Assembly: GCA_039586795.1 (NCBI GenBank)
Contig: JBDHJS010000006.1
Coordinates: 9,408 to 73,407 of the forward strand
Direction of reading: 5' to 3'
Source of the DNA: Gemmatimonadota bacterium
GTDB taxonomy: Bacteria; Gemmatimonadota; Gemmatimonadetes; Palauibacterales; KS3-K002
DNA: 64,000 nt
Positions 46,514-56,769 of this stretch are shown in pieces. Under the pieces are notes generated by a model that did not search any database, was not told the DNA's origin, and saw only the letters and a list, made by a program, of their open reading frames with translations. A program made the position numbers and the translations under genes. The number at the start of each line of letters is the position of its first letter. Position 1 is the first letter of the stretch.

Positions 46514-48133
46514 ATGTTTTCTGGAATACGTGGTCGTTTGCTAGTCATCTTCGGCGTGATGGCGATTTGCGGGTGGGCGCTGGGCGGGCCTGCCATCCAG
46601 GGCAAGGATGATCCGCCACTCAAGCTGGGCCTCGATCTGCAGGGCGGCACCCATCTCGTGCTTCAGGTCGCCGACCCGGATGAAGCCATGTCGGCCGAAG
46701 CGCGTGCCGATGCCGCCGACCGGGCCCGCGAGATCATCACAAACCGTATCGACCAGTTCGGCGTCCGCGAGCCTACCGTGCAGCGCATCGGCGCCGACCG
46801 CCTCATCGTCGAGCTGGCGGGTATTCAGGACGTCGATCGCGCCAAGTCGATCATCGAACAGACGGCGTTCCTCGAGTTCAAGATCCTGACCGACGGGATG
46901 GATCTGGTTCAGCTCCTGCCCGTCATCGATAGCCTGGTCGTCAGGGCGGTGGGTGAAGAGGCGATCCCCGAGGAAGCCCGGGTGGAAGCCGGCCCGACGA
47001 TCGAGCAGCTGTTCCAGCAACAGGATTCAGGTCAGGCGGAGACCGAAGCTCAGGCCGAGCCGGAGCAGGAGCTTCGCCCGCTCACCACGCTGCTCCTCGA
47101 CTCCGGCGAGCCCGGAATCTTCCTGGTCGAAGAACCGCAGGTCGAGACCGTTCAGACCTACCTGGCGGTGCCGGAGGTTGCGGCTCGTATTCCCGAGTCG
47201 ATCGACGTCGTCTGGGGTGCCGACTCGGACACCCGGGCCGTCGCTGGCAAAGTCTATCGCCCCCTGTACGTCGTCGAGATGCGGCCGCTGATCACGGGCG
47301 AATACCTGACTAACGCTCAGGCGATCCGCGATCCGCAGACAAACCAGCCGATCGTCCCGTTCGAGCTCACACGGCAGGGCGGCCGCATCTTCGAGCGCGG
47401 TACCGCCCAGCACGTCGGCGATCGCATGGCGATCATCCTCGACGCCAAGGTCCAGGGTAGCCCGCCGGTCATTCGCGACGTACTGCGCGACCGGGCCCAG
47501 ATCGAGCTCGGCTCCGGCGCGACACTCGATCAGGCGGCGGACCTGGCGCTGGTGCTGCGCGCCGGCGCCCTGCCGGCTCCCATGGAGATCATCGAGGAGC
47601 GCACCGTCGGGCCGTCACTGGGTCAGGACTCCATCGACCAGGGCAAGGTTGCCGGGATCGTCGGCCTCATCCTCGTCGTTGTGGTGATGATCGCCTACTA
47701 CCGGTTTGCCGGCTTGTTGGCGGTCCTCGGCCTGCTGATCTACGTACTCGTCGTTCTCGGCTGCCTGGCCGGTATACAAGCCACGCTCACCGTCCCGGGC
47801 ATCGCCGGCCTCATCCTGTCGGTCGGGATGGCCGTGGACGCCAACGTGCTAATCTTCGAGCGAGTACGAGAAGAACTGGAAGGCGGCAAGACGCCGCGCA
47901 CCGCGGTCGACTCAGGCTTTCAGAACGCGCTTTCCGCCATCATCGACTCGAACCTGACGACGCTGATCACCGCGACCATCCTGTACCAGTTCGGGACCCA
48001 AACGGTCAAAGGATTCGCGGTCACTCTCTTCATTGGTATCCTGGCGTCATTCTTCACCGCCGTCTTCGTGGTCAGGACTTTCATGATCATCTGGTTGGAA
48101 CGCCGCTCGCCCACTGCCGAGCTGCGCATATAG
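46514..48133 (+). CDS. secD: Protein translocase subunit SecD
   Basis: LGLDLQGGTHLVLQV is the SecD N-terminal motif. The C-terminal 6-TM region is present. Confidence 0.9.
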   Translation: MFSGIRGRLLVIFGVMAICGWALGGPAIQGKDDPPLKLGLDLQGGTHLVLQVADPDEAMSAEARADAADRAREIITNRIDQFGVREPTVQRIGADRLIVELAGIQDVDRAKSIIEQTAFLEFKILTDGMDLVQLLPVIDSLVVRAVGEEAIPEEARVEAGPTIEQLFQQQDSGQAETEAQAEPEQELRPLTTLLLDSGEPGIFLVEEPQVETVQTYLAVPEVAARIPESIDVVWGADSDTRAVAGKVYRPLYVVEMRPLITGEYLTNAQAIRDPQTNQPIVPFELTRQGGRIFERGTAQHVGDRMAIILDAKVQGSPPVIRDVLRDRAQIELGSGATLDQAADLALVLRAGALPAPMEIIEERTVGPSLGQDSIDQGKVAGIVGLILVVVVMIAYYRFAGLLAVLGLLIYVLVVLGCLAGIQATLTVPGIAGLILSVGMAVDANVLIFERVREELEGGKTPRTAVDSGFQNALSAIIDSNLTTLITATILYQFGTQTVKGFAVTLFIGILASFFTAVFVVRTFMIIWLERRSPTAELRI

Positions 48134-48148
48134 ACGAGGAAGTCAACG

Positions 48149-49093
48149 ATGCGGGTATTCGCAACAGCGGACTACAAGTTCTTAGAGGTACGCAGGAAGG
48201 CGTACGTCGTCTCAGCGGTGTTCATCGTGATCGGGGTGCTTTCGATCTTCGCACGCGGTGGCCTCAACTACGGCGTCGATTTCACAGGCGGCACCCTGTT
48301 CCAGGTTCGCTTCGACCATAGCGTGGAGGCGGCCGACATCCGCAGCGCCCTGGGCGAAGCCGGCGTCGCTAACCTTCAGGTTCAGGATTTCGGCGGCCCC
48401 GACGAGTTCCTCATCCGCACCGCCGTCTTCCTCGAGGGCGACCGCGAGCTGGCCGACGTCGTCAGCCAGACCATGTCTGAAGAGTTCGGCGCCGACTCGT
48501 ACCAGATCGTCAGGGTCGAGGCCGTCGGCCCGAAAGTGGGCGGCGAACTGCGTCAGCGGGCTATAACAGCGGTGTTGATCTCGTTCTTGCTGACTTTACT
48601 CTATCTCGGCTTCCGCTTCGAGTGGCGGTTCGGTCTGGCGGCTATCATCGCCACCGTGCACGACGTGCTCATCACGTTTGGGTTGATATCGATGCTCAAC
48701 ATCGAGATCTCTCTGCCCACCGTCGCCGCGTTGCTCACGATCATCGGTTACTCGCTCAACGACACGATCGTCATCTTCGATCGCATCCGTGAGAACCTCA
48801 AGAAGCATCGCCGCTTGAAGTACATCGAGATTCTCGATCGCTCGATCAACGAGACGCTGCCCCGTACCGTGATGACCAGTGGTACCACGCTGGCGGTGCT
48901 TCTGGCGCTCGCCGTGCTTGGCGGCGCGGTCCTCCGCGAGTTCATCGTCGTGCTGATCATCGGTGTGCTCATCGGAACGTACTCGTCGATCTTCGTCGCC
49001 TCCCCGGCGCTCCTCGAGGTCGAGCAGCGGTCCGGCGGCGTGCGCAGCAAGACCGACCGGCGGAAGGTGGCGGCAGCCCGCGCCGATGTTTGA
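48149..49093 (+). CDS. secF: Protein translocase subunit SecF
   Basis: GVDFTGGTLFQVRF is the SecF motif. The C-terminal TM bundle is present. Confidence 0.9.
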   Translation: MRVFATADYKFLEVRRKAYVVSAVFIVIGVLSIFARGGLNYGVDFTGGTLFQVRFDHSVEAADIRSALGEAGVANLQVQDFGGPDEFLIRTAVFLEGDRELADVVSQTMSEEFGADSYQIVRVEAVGPKVGGELRQRAITAVLISFLLTLLYLGFRFEWRFGLAAIIATVHDVLITFGLISMLNIEISLPTVAALLTIIGYSLNDTIVIFDRIRENLKKHRRLKYIEILDRSINETLPRTVMTSGTTLAVLLALAVLGGAVLREFIVVLIIGVLIGTYSSIFVASPALLEVEQRSGGVRSKTDRRKVAAARADV

Positions 49094-49860
49094 AGCTCTT
49101 TGATTCGCACGCCCATCTGACCGACGAGAGCCTCTCGTCAGAGCTCGACGCTGTCCTGGCCCGAGCGGCCGACGCCGGCGTCGAGCTCGTCGTTTCCATC
49201 GCCAGTGACCTCCGCGATGCCGAAGCGGCGATCGGAATCGCCGATCGCTCTTCCAGGCCGCGCGTCTTTGCCACCGCGGGGATCCATCCACACGCGGCGG
49301 AGCAATTCAGCGACTCGTCCATCGCCGAGCTCGAGCGGCTCCTCGAACCCGACTCGGTCGTCGCCGTCGGCGAGACCGGCCTCGACTTCTACTACGACAA
49401 CGCGCCCCGGGAGACGCAGATCGCCGCCTTCCGCGCGCAGGTCCAGCTCGCCGAGCGCCGCGGGCTACCCGTCGTCGTTCACGCCAGGGAAGCCGACGCC
49501 CAGGTCGCCGAGATCGTTAGCGAGCACGCCGGCCGCGTCACCGGCGTCTTGCACTGCTTCAGCAGCGGGCCGGACCTGCTGGAGACGGGACTCGATTGCG
49601 ATTGGTACGTGTCCTTCTCGGGTCTGATCACCTTCAAGAAGTACGATGGCCATGACCTCGTGCGCCGTGTCCCGGACGACCGGTTGCTGGTAGAAACGGA
49701 CAGCCCCTACCTGGCTCCCGTGCCGCGACGCGGGCGGCGGAACGAACCGGCGTTGGTCGAGCACACCGTCGCCAAGCTCGCCGAGATCAGGTCCCAGCCG
49801 CTGGAGCGGGTGGCGGAGCTGACGTACGAGAATGCGTGTCGGTTCTATGCGCTCGCCTAG
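49090..49860 (+). CDS. tatD: TatD-family metal-dependent hydrolase
   Basis: DSHAHL ... GETGLDFYY ... VVHAREA ... ETDSPYL are the TatD motifs. Confidence 0.85.
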   Translation: MKLFDSHAHLTDESLSSELDAVLARAADAGVELVVSIASDLRDAEAAIGIADRSSRPRVFATAGIHPHAAEQFSDSSIAELERLLEPDSVVAVGETGLDFYYDNAPRETQIAAFRAQVQLAERRGLPVVVHAREADAQVAEIVSEHAGRVTGVLHCFSSGPDLLETGLDCDWYVSFSGLITFKKYDGHDLVRRVPDDRLLVETDSPYLAPVPRRGRRNEPALVEHTVAKLAEIRSQPLERVAELTYENACRFYALA

Positions 49861-49863
49861 CGG

Positions 49864-49939
49864 CAATCATCAATCCTCAACACCTAATCCTCAATCATCC
49901 ACAAATCTGGGAATTGAGGACTAGGTGTTAATGATTGAG
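49864..49939. repeat. Inverted-repeat hairpin element between tatD and mutL (family C, related to family B by ATCCTCAACACC)
   Basis: Left arm CCTCAACACCTAATCCTCAAT. Right arm ATTGAGGACTAGGTGTTAATGATTGAG. The loop is about 14 nt. Confidence 0.55.
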
Positions 49940-49991
49940 CATTGCGAAGCATCCGCTTGATGAGCCCGCGCCCTTCAAATAGCTTCGCTCC

Positions 49992-51740
49992 ATGCAAAGA
50001 CGTGTAAGAATCCTCCCCGACCACATCGCCAATCAGATTGCGGCCGGCGAGGTAGTCGAGCGGCCAGCGTCCGCAGTGAAGGAGCTGATCGAAAACGCAC
50101 TCGACGCTCGGGCCAACCGCGTGGAGATCGAGGTGCGGAACGGCGGCAAGACGGAAATTCGCGTCGCCGACGACGGCCACGGCATGGCTCGCGACGATGC
50201 GCTGCTCGCCATCGATCGACACGCAACATCCAAGGTCCAGGACGAGAGCGATCTTCGAGCGATTCAGACCCTAGGGTTTCGCGGCGAAGCGCTGCCCTCC
50301 ATCGCCGCGGTCTCCAGGTTCGAGCTCGATACCGCCCAGGCCCAAGGGGAAGGGACGCGCATCAAGATCGACGGTGGCCGCGTCGTCGCCGTTGATGAGA
50401 TCTCGCGCCGAGCCGGCACCACCGTCAGCGTCCGCTCCCTCTTCTTCAACGTGCCGGCGCGCGCCAAGTTCTTACGTTCGGCGGCGGCCGAGACCCGGGC
50501 CATCTCCGAAACGGCGATCGCGCTCTCGCTTGCTAATTTAAGTACTGGCATACACTTACGGTCCAACGACCGCGAACTGCTCGACCTCCCGCGCACCACC
50601 GATCTGGCCGCCCGCATCGCGGCGATCTGGGGTGACGAGCTCGCCTCGACCCTCCTACCCATCGATCACGCGTCCGGCGACATCCGTGTCGCGGGTCTCA
50701 TCCAGCGGCCCGCCGATACGCGGCCGGGCTCGCGGCGCGTCTATCTGTTCGTGAACGGCCGGCCGTTTGTCGATCGCTTCATCGTTCGCGCGGCGGAGGA
50801 AGGCTACAGGACGACGGTGCCGCACGGCTATCGGCCGGCTCTGTTCCTCTATCTCGAGCTGCCGCCCGACGAAGTGGATGTGAACGTCCACCCGACGAAA
50901 GCCGAAGTTCGCTTCCGCAACAAGATCAAGATGGAGGCGACGGTTACCGAGGCGGTTCGCGCGGGGCTGGAAGGCCTGGAGAGCGCGCCGGGCGTCGAAC
51001 GCTTTCCCGGGAGCATGTCTCAGCTTGTTGCGCCCGGCGCCTCTTTCCCGGTACCACCGCCGAGCTCGCCCGGCAAAGAGGAAGGGCAGATGGCGTTCTT
51101 CGTGCCCAGCGAGGCGCCCGCTGAGGATGAAGAGTCAGAAGCGCCGAGCGAGGCTGCGGCTTCTCGCTACGGCGCGATGTGGCAATTGCATAATGCGTAT
51201 ATACTCGCCGAGACTCGCAGCGGCTTGATCATCGTCGATCAACACTCCGCTCACGAGCGAGTGCTATTCGAGCAGATCATGCGCGACTACGACCAGGAGA
51301 GCGCCGTATCGCAAAGGCTTCTCTTTCCGATCACCATCCGCCTGTCGCCGACCGAGATGCAGGCGACGGAAGAGATCAAAGGGATCCTGCACCAGGTCGG
51401 CTTCGAGATCGAAGGGTTCGGCGACAACACGGTGATCATCAACTCCGTTCCCAACCCGCATCCCCGCTTCGATGGCGAACGCTGCTTTCGAGAGATGGTG
51501 GCGGAGCTGGCGCACGGCTCGCCCCTCGTCGACTCGGCTCGCAACCAGCACGAGCGCGTCGCCAAGTCGTTCGCCTGCAAGGCGGCGATCAAGGCCGGGC
51601 AGCCGCTCTCTGACGATGAGATGGAAGAGTTGTTTGACCGTCTCTTCGCGTCGGAACTTCCCAGCCACGATGTGCACGGCCGGCCCACCATCCTGCGTCT
51701 CTCGCTGGATGAGCTATCACGGCGCTTCGGTCGAAGCTGA
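49992..51740 (+). CDS. mutL: DNA mismatch repair protein MutL
   Basis: ILPDHIANQIAAGEVVERPASAVKELIENALDA is the GHKL ATPase N-terminus. Confidence 0.9.
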   Translation: MQRRVRILPDHIANQIAAGEVVERPASAVKELIENALDARANRVEIEVRNGGKTEIRVADDGHGMARDDALLAIDRHATSKVQDESDLRAIQTLGFRGEALPSIAAVSRFELDTAQAQGEGTRIKIDGGRVVAVDEISRRAGTTVSVRSLFFNVPARAKFLRSAAAETRAISETAIALSLANLSTGIHLRSNDRELLDLPRTTDLAARIAAIWGDELASTLLPIDHASGDIRVAGLIQRPADTRPGSRRVYLFVNGRPFVDRFIVRAAEEGYRTTVPHGYRPALFLYLELPPDEVDVNVHPTKAEVRFRNKIKMEATVTEAVRAGLEGLESAPGVERFPGSMSQLVAPGASFPVPPPSSPGKEEGQMAFFVPSEAPAEDEESEAPSEAAASRYGAMWQLHNAYILAETRSGLIIVDQHSAHERVLFEQIMRDYDQESAVSQRLLFPITIRLSPTEMQATEEIKGILHQVGFEIEGFGDNTVIINSVPNPHPRFDGERCFREMVAELAHGSPLVDSARNQHERVAKSFACKAAIKAGQPLSDDEMEELFDRLFASELPSHDVHGRPTILRLSLDELSRRFGRS

Positions 51741-51755
51741 GACCCGCCACACACG

Positions 51756-52709
51756 ATGAACTCTCGTCCGGCCACCGAAGCGATCGTCATCACCGGACCG
51801 ACCGGGGCGGGGAAGACGACGCTCGCCGTCGAAGTGGCGGAGCAGGTTGGTGGTTCAATCATCTCCGCCGACTCCAGACAGGTGTACCGGGGGATGGATA
51901 TCGGCACCGCGAAGCCCGGGCCCGAACTCCGTAAGCGTTTGCCACATAATGGGTTAGATCTCGTCGATCCCGACGAGGGCTACAGCGCCGGGCGCTTCGC
52001 TCGAGATGCTTGGGTGTGGATCGACCAGATCACCGCGGACGGCCGTGTGCCCGTCATCGCCGGCGGCACCGGCTTCTTCATTCGATCGCTACTCGAGCCG
52101 CTGGGCCCGGAACCCGACCTCGAGCCGGAACGCCGGGACGATCTCCGCCGTTACCTATCGGGACTGGCGCCTGACGAGCTGAAGCGGTGGTTGCGGCGAT
52201 TGGATCCGCTGCGGGCGTCGCGCTTCGAGAACGAAGGCGGTGGCCAGCGCCTGTCGCGCTCGCTGGAGGTGGCGCTGCTGTCCGGGCAACCACACACACG
52301 GTGGCTGGAGCGCCCGCCTGAGACCCGAGCGTTGTCCGCCCTCGTCTTTTGCCTGGAGCTGCCGCGCGAGGTGCTGTACGAGCGGATCAACGCCCGCTTC
52401 GATCGGATGATGGAGCAGGGGCTGCTGGATGAAGTGCGCGGCCTGCTCGAGCGCCATTCGACGGACGCACCGGGGCTCGATTCGCTAGGCTATGCCGAGC
52501 TCGCACGCCACGTGCACGGCGAGCTGTCGCTGGAGGAAGCGGTCGAAGAAGCGAAGCGCAACACGCGGCGGTTTGCCAAGCGGCAGATGACGTGGTTTCG
52601 GCATCAGTTGCCGGAAGGTGCCGTTTGGCTTGATGGCCGCCAGTCGATAGGACAGCTAGTGGCGTCGGTCTTGTCGAACTGGCAAGACCCAACTTTGGAG
52701 ACGCGATGA
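51756..52709 (+). CDS. miaA: tRNA dimethylallyltransferase
   Basis: ITGPTGAGKT P-loop and SADSRQVYRGMDIGTAKP. Confidence 0.9.
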   Translation: MNSRPATEAIVITGPTGAGKTTLAVEVAEQVGGSIISADSRQVYRGMDIGTAKPGPELRKRLPHNGLDLVDPDEGYSAGRFARDAWVWIDQITADGRVPVIAGGTGFFIRSLLEPLGPEPDLEPERRDDLRRYLSGLAPDELKRWLRRLDPLRASRFENEGGGQRLSRSLEVALLSGQPHTRWLERPPETRALSALVFCLELPREVLYERINARFDRMMEQGLLDEVRGLLERHSTDAPGLDSLGYAELARHVHGELSLEEAVEEAKRNTRRFAKRQMTWFRHQLPEGAVWLDGRQSIGQLVASVLSNWQDPTLETR

Positions 52710-52711
52710 CA

Positions 52712-52816
52712 AATCACACTCATCAATCGCTCAATCGATCAGCTCTCAATCATAGACCGTTTTCCCCTGATAAATGAGGGCTGAGTTGTTGATGAGTGTG
52801 ATTGAACCTTGGACAC
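52712..52816. repeat. Palindromic intergenic repeat, family B, full copy
   Basis: AATCACACTCATCAA (52712-52726) and TTGATGAGTGTGATT (52787-52801) are inverted. The 52773-52816 core equals 1087-1128 apart from 3 mismatches. Confidence 0.6.
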
Positions 52817-52895
52817 TAGATCTTAGACGTCGACAGCCCGTTGACAGTAAGGCGGACCTAGCAAACCAACCCAACCCCAGCTAGCTTCCGCGCAA

Positions 52896-54023
52896 ATGAA
52901 GATTGGCATCGCCTGTTACCCGACCTACGGCGGAAGCGGCGCCGTCGCCACCGAGCTGGGCATGCGCCTGGCCCAGCGCGGGCACGAAGTGCATTTCGTG
53001 TCCTACGCGCACCCTTTCCGCCTGCCACGCTTCCTGCGCAACACGTATTTCCACGAGATCGAGGTGTCTCGCTACCCGCTGTTCGAGTACCCGCCGTACT
53101 CGCTTGCGGCGACCGTGGCCATGCACGAGGTGGCGACCCAGCGGCACCTGGATCTCTTCCACGTGCACTATGCCGTGCCTCACGCTACGTCGGCGCTGCT
53201 CGCCAAGCAGATGCTCGAGCCGCCCGACGATCTCAAGATCGTCACGACGCTGCACGGCACCGACATCACGCTGGTCGGACAGGATCCATCGTACCGGTCG
53301 ATCGTGAGGTATTCCATCGAGGCGTCCGACGGGCTCACCGCCGTTTCCGAATTCCTGAAACGCGAGACCATCGCCGCGTTCGGTTGCTCGAGCTGCGAGG
53401 TCCGCGTGATTCCTAACTTCGTCGACACAGAGCATTTCCGACGCGATACCAACCGACGGAATCGAAACGCCCTGGCCGAGCCGGACGAGAAGATCATCAT
53501 GCACATCTCGAATTTCCGGCCGGTGAAGCGCGTTGACGATGTGGTTCGGGTCGCCGCCCGTGTGATGGAGAAGGTCCCGGCCCGGCTCATCTTGGTCGGC
53601 GATGGCCCCGATCGACACATGGCCGAAGAGCGGGCGCGCAACCTCGGTATCGGCGCCCGAGTCGTCTTCCTCGGCAAGCAGGAGCAGGTGAACGAGTTGT
53701 TGTCCTGTGCCGACCTCTTCATCCTGCCCAGCGAGTCGGAATCGTTCGGGTTGTCGGCCCTGGAAGCGATGGCCGCTGAGGTCCCCGTCGTTGGCACCCG
53801 TAACGGCGGCCTGGAAGAGGTCGTCGAGGACGGGGTCGCCGGACGTCTGTTCCCGGTGGGCGCCGTGGACGCGATGGCCGACGCCGCCACCGAGATCCTC
53901 AGCGACGACCAGCGAGGCCGCGAGATGGGGCAGGCCGGCCGCGCCCTCGCCATGGAGAAGTACTCCGTCGAGCGCATCCTCTCCATGTACGAGTCCTACT
54001 ACATCGAGACACTGAAGAAGTGA
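52896..54023 (+). CDS. bshA: GT4-family glycosyltransferase, BshA-like (N-acetyl-alpha-D-glucosaminyl L-malate synthase)
   Basis: MKIGIACYPTYGGSGAVATELGMRLAQRGHEVHFVS is characteristic of BshA. The C-terminal GT-B EX7E region is present. Confidence 0.6.
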   Translation: MKIGIACYPTYGGSGAVATELGMRLAQRGHEVHFVSYAHPFRLPRFLRNTYFHEIEVSRYPLFEYPPYSLAATVAMHEVATQRHLDLFHVHYAVPHATSALLAKQMLEPPDDLKIVTTLHGTDITLVGQDPSYRSIVRYSIEASDGLTAVSEFLKRETIAAFGCSSCEVRVIPNFVDTEHFRRDTNRRNRNALAEPDEKIIMHISNFRPVKRVDDVVRVAARVMEKVPARLILVGDGPDRHMAEERARNLGIGARVVFLGKQEQVNELLSCADLFILPSESESFGLSALEAMAAEVPVVGTRNGGLEEVVEDGVAGRLFPVGAVDAMADAATEILSDDQRGREMGQAGRALAMEKYSVERILSMYESYYIETLKK

Positions 54024-54060
54024 CCCCCCACCCCCAACCCCCAACCTCCTACGTCTTCAG

Positions 54061-54852
54061 ATGACCTTGCTCCAGGCTGTAATCCTCGGCGCCCTCCAGG
54101 GACTCACCGAGTTCTTCCCGGTCTCCAGTTCCGGACACCTGGTGCTGGCGGAGTCGCTGCTCGGGGTTAACCCGCCCGGCGTGTCGTTCGAGGTGATGGT
54201 TCACCTGGCCACCGTCTTCTCGGTCATCGTGCTCTACCGTCGACGGCTTATCGGGCTGGTGTCGGGGCTCTTCCGCCTGCAACGGGATGCCCTAACCTAC
54301 GTGGGGATGCTCCTCCTCGCCTCCGTGCCCGCCGGGCTGGTGGGTGTGACGCTGGCGGACGCGATCGGCGGCCTGTTCGATCGTCCGGCCCTTGCCGCAC
54401 TCAACCTGTTGGTCACCGGTTGCATCGTCTACGCCACGCGCTGGCTTCTCGACCGTGGCGATCGCCGCGACCCGGGGTGGGGCGGGTCGGTCATCGTCGG
54501 CATCGCGCAGGCGCTGGCCATCCTTCCCGGCATCTCGCGATCCGGCTTCACGGTGGCGGCGGCACTCTGGCGGAAGACCGGTCGCGAGGCGGCGGCGGAG
54601 TTCAGCTTCCTCCTCTCGATCCCGGCGATTGTCGGCGCCTCGATCCTCCAGCTGCCAGATATGCTGAGCGGTGCCGAAGGGCTTCATGCTTTGCCGTTGA
54701 GCGCCGCGGCTATCTCTGCCTTCCTCACCGGCGTCCTGGCCATCGTGCTCTTCGTTCGTTGGCTACGCATCGGCCAGTTCCACCGATTTGCCTACTATTG
54801 TTGGACGGTGGGCGGAGCATTTATCCTGTACTCCCTGTTCACCACGGCCTAG
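54061..54852 (+). CDS. uppP: Undecaprenyl-diphosphatase
   Basis: LQGLTEFFPVSSSGHL and PGISRSG are BacA/UppP motifs. Confidence 0.9.
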   Translation: MTLLQAVILGALQGLTEFFPVSSSGHLVLAESLLGVNPPGVSFEVMVHLATVFSVIVLYRRRLIGLVSGLFRLQRDALTYVGMLLLASVPAGLVGVTLADAIGGLFDRPALAALNLLVTGCIVYATRWLLDRGDRRDPGWGGSVIVGIAQALAILPGISRSGFTVAAALWRKTGREAAAEFSFLLSIPAIVGASILQLPDMLSGAEGLHALPLSAAAISAFLTGVLAIVLFVRWLRIGQFHRFAYYCWTVGGAFILYSLFTTA

Positions 54853-54869
54853 CTGGCCACCTTTAGCTT

Positions 54870-55712
54870 ATGAGCGCGCTCTCGGACGAAATCCGGCGCC
54901 GTATCGCCGAGGCCCTGGCCGAAGACGTCGGTCGTGGCGACCGCACCACCGAATGGTGCGTCGACGCCGACGCCTTGGGGAAGGCCGAGATCATCGCCCG
55001 CGCCCACGGAGTCATTTCCGGACAGGCGGTGGCTGCGGAAGTGTTCGATCTGGCCGGTGATGCTGAGTACGAGGCGCTGGTCGAGGACGGGGGTGCGGTG
55101 GTGCCGGAGGCTACCGTGGCTCGTGTGAGCGGGACGGCACGGGCGATCCTCACGGGTGAGCGAACGGCCCTCAACTTCCTGGGACGCCTGTCGGGCGTGG
55201 CTACGCTGACCCGTCGTTTCGTCGACCTGGTGGCGGGCACCCGAGCGCGAATCACCGACACACGAAAGACAACGCCGCTGTGGCGCGAACTGGAACGGGC
55301 GGCGACGCGAGCCGGCGGCGCCGTGAACCACCGCCGCGGGCTGGACGCCATGGTCCTGATCAAGGAGAACCACATCACGGCTGCCGGCGGCATCGTGCGG
55401 GCTGTCGAACGCACGCGAGCCGCGAACCGCGAGGGGTTGGCCGTCGAAGTCGAGACGACGAGTATCGAAGAGGTGAGGGAAGCGCTCACGGCCGACGTCG
55501 ATCGAATCATGCTCGACAACATGTCGATCGTCGAGATCGGAGAAGCCGTGGCGGAGATCGACGCGCACCCGCGCCGACCGGAGATCGAGGCTTCCGGCGG
55601 CGTCAGTCTCGAGAACGTGCGCCGGCTGGCCGGGGCGGGCGTCGACTACATTTCCGTAGGCGCTTTGACCCACTCAGCGCCGGCTCTCGACCTATCGCTG
55701 AAGATCCTCTGA
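54870..55712 (+). CDS. nadC: Nicotinate-nucleotide pyrophosphorylase (carboxylating)
   Basis: GERTALNFL ... DTRKTTP ... LDNM are QPRTase motifs. Confidence 0.9.
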   Translation: MSALSDEIRRRIAEALAEDVGRGDRTTEWCVDADALGKAEIIARAHGVISGQAVAAEVFDLAGDAEYEALVEDGGAVVPEATVARVSGTARAILTGERTALNFLGRLSGVATLTRRFVDLVAGTRARITDTRKTTPLWRELERAATRAGGAVNHRRGLDAMVLIKENHITAAGGIVRAVERTRAANREGLAVEVETTSIEEVREALTADVDRIMLDNMSIVEIGEAVAEIDAHPRRPEIEASGGVSLENVRRLAGAGVDYISVGALTHSAPALDLSLKIL

Positions 55713-55713
55713 T

Positions 55714-56520
55714 ATGAACGACCAACTGCTTGCCATCGACGTCGGTAACACCGAGACCGTGCTCGGGCTGTTTGACGGGAACGCGCTGCTCAAACACTGG
55801 CGTATCTCTACCGATATTCACCGGACGCCTGACGAGCTCGCGCATCTGCTGAGCCATCTTCTGGCCGATCACGGCATGGAAGGCCCGGTGAACGGAATCA
55901 TCGGTTCCGTTGTGCCTGCCGTCGATCCCATCCTCACCCGCGGCTTTCGCCGCGCTTTCGACCGCACGGCGCGTCTCATCGGCGACCCCAGCCAGCTCGT
56001 GGGGGACGAAGGGCCGCTCCCGATCCGGCTGGAGGTCGACGAGCCTCACACGGTCGGTGCCGACCGCATGCTCAACACGCTGGCGGCGAGCCAGGTCTAC
56101 GGCGTAGATGTCATCGCCGTCGACCTCGGCACGGCAACCACCTACGACTGCATCTCGGGTGACGGTGTCTTTCTTGGAGGTGTGATTGCGCCGGGTCCCC
56201 GTTCAGGTATCGAGGGGCTGGCCCAATCGGCCAGCAAGCTGCCCTTCATCGACCTCGTGCCGCCCGATGTCGTGATCGGGCGTCGCACGGATGTCTGCCT
56301 GCGCTCGGGGTGTTTCTACTCTATTGTGGATTCGATCGACGGAATGGTACGGAGGATCAAACTCGAGTGGTCGCGACCTGATGCTCTGGTAGTGGCTACG
56401 GGCGGGTTGGCGGCGTTAATCGCTCCCCACTGCGGGACCGTCGATGTCGTGGAGCCTTATCTCACCCTCTACGGTCTCGAGATCGCCCACCGCCTGCTCG
56501 GCGACCCCGAGAGCCCATGA
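55714..56520 (+). CDS. coaX: Type III pantothenate kinase
   Basis: LLAIDVGNT ... GADR ... DLGTATT are ASKHA-fold motifs. Confidence 0.85.
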   Translation: MNDQLLAIDVGNTETVLGLFDGNALLKHWRISTDIHRTPDELAHLLSHLLADHGMEGPVNGIIGSVVPAVDPILTRGFRRAFDRTARLIGDPSQLVGDEGPLPIRLEVDEPHTVGADRMLNTLAASQVYGVDVIAVDLGTATTYDCISGDGVFLGGVIAPGPRSGIEGLAQSASKLPFIDLVPPDVVIGRRTDVCLRSGCFYSIVDSIDGMVRRIKLEWSRPDALVVATGGLAALIAPHCGTVDVVEPYLTLYGLEIAHRLLGDPESP

Positions 56521-56532
56521 GGTCCGCCTCTA

Positions 56533-56769
56533 CTAGGCAGCCCGGCGCCTGACCTTGGAGCGTATCTTATTCAGCGCTCGATCCGCAGTCTCCGGACTGA
56601 TCAGCTTCACGATGAAGTAGACGACCGCCAGGAAAAAGGCGAGCTTGACCAGCGCGACCAGTAGCCCTGTCAGCAAGGTCAGGATAGGCACGAGCACGGC
56701 AGTGGCCACCGCCAGCGCCACGACGCCTCCAACCAGAAGCGCTCCAAGCGTGAACATCCCTCTGAGCAT
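56533..56769 (-). CDS. Hypothetical small 2-TM membrane protein (start ambiguous)
   Basis: Hydrophobic LGALLVGGVVALAVATAVLVPILTLLTGLLVALVKLAFFLAVVYFIVKL. There are several in-frame Met candidates. Confidence 0.35.
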   Translation of the reverse strand: MLRGMFTLGALLVGGVVALAVATAVLVPILTLLTGLLVALVKLAFFLAVVYFIVKLISPETADRALNKIRSKVRRRAA

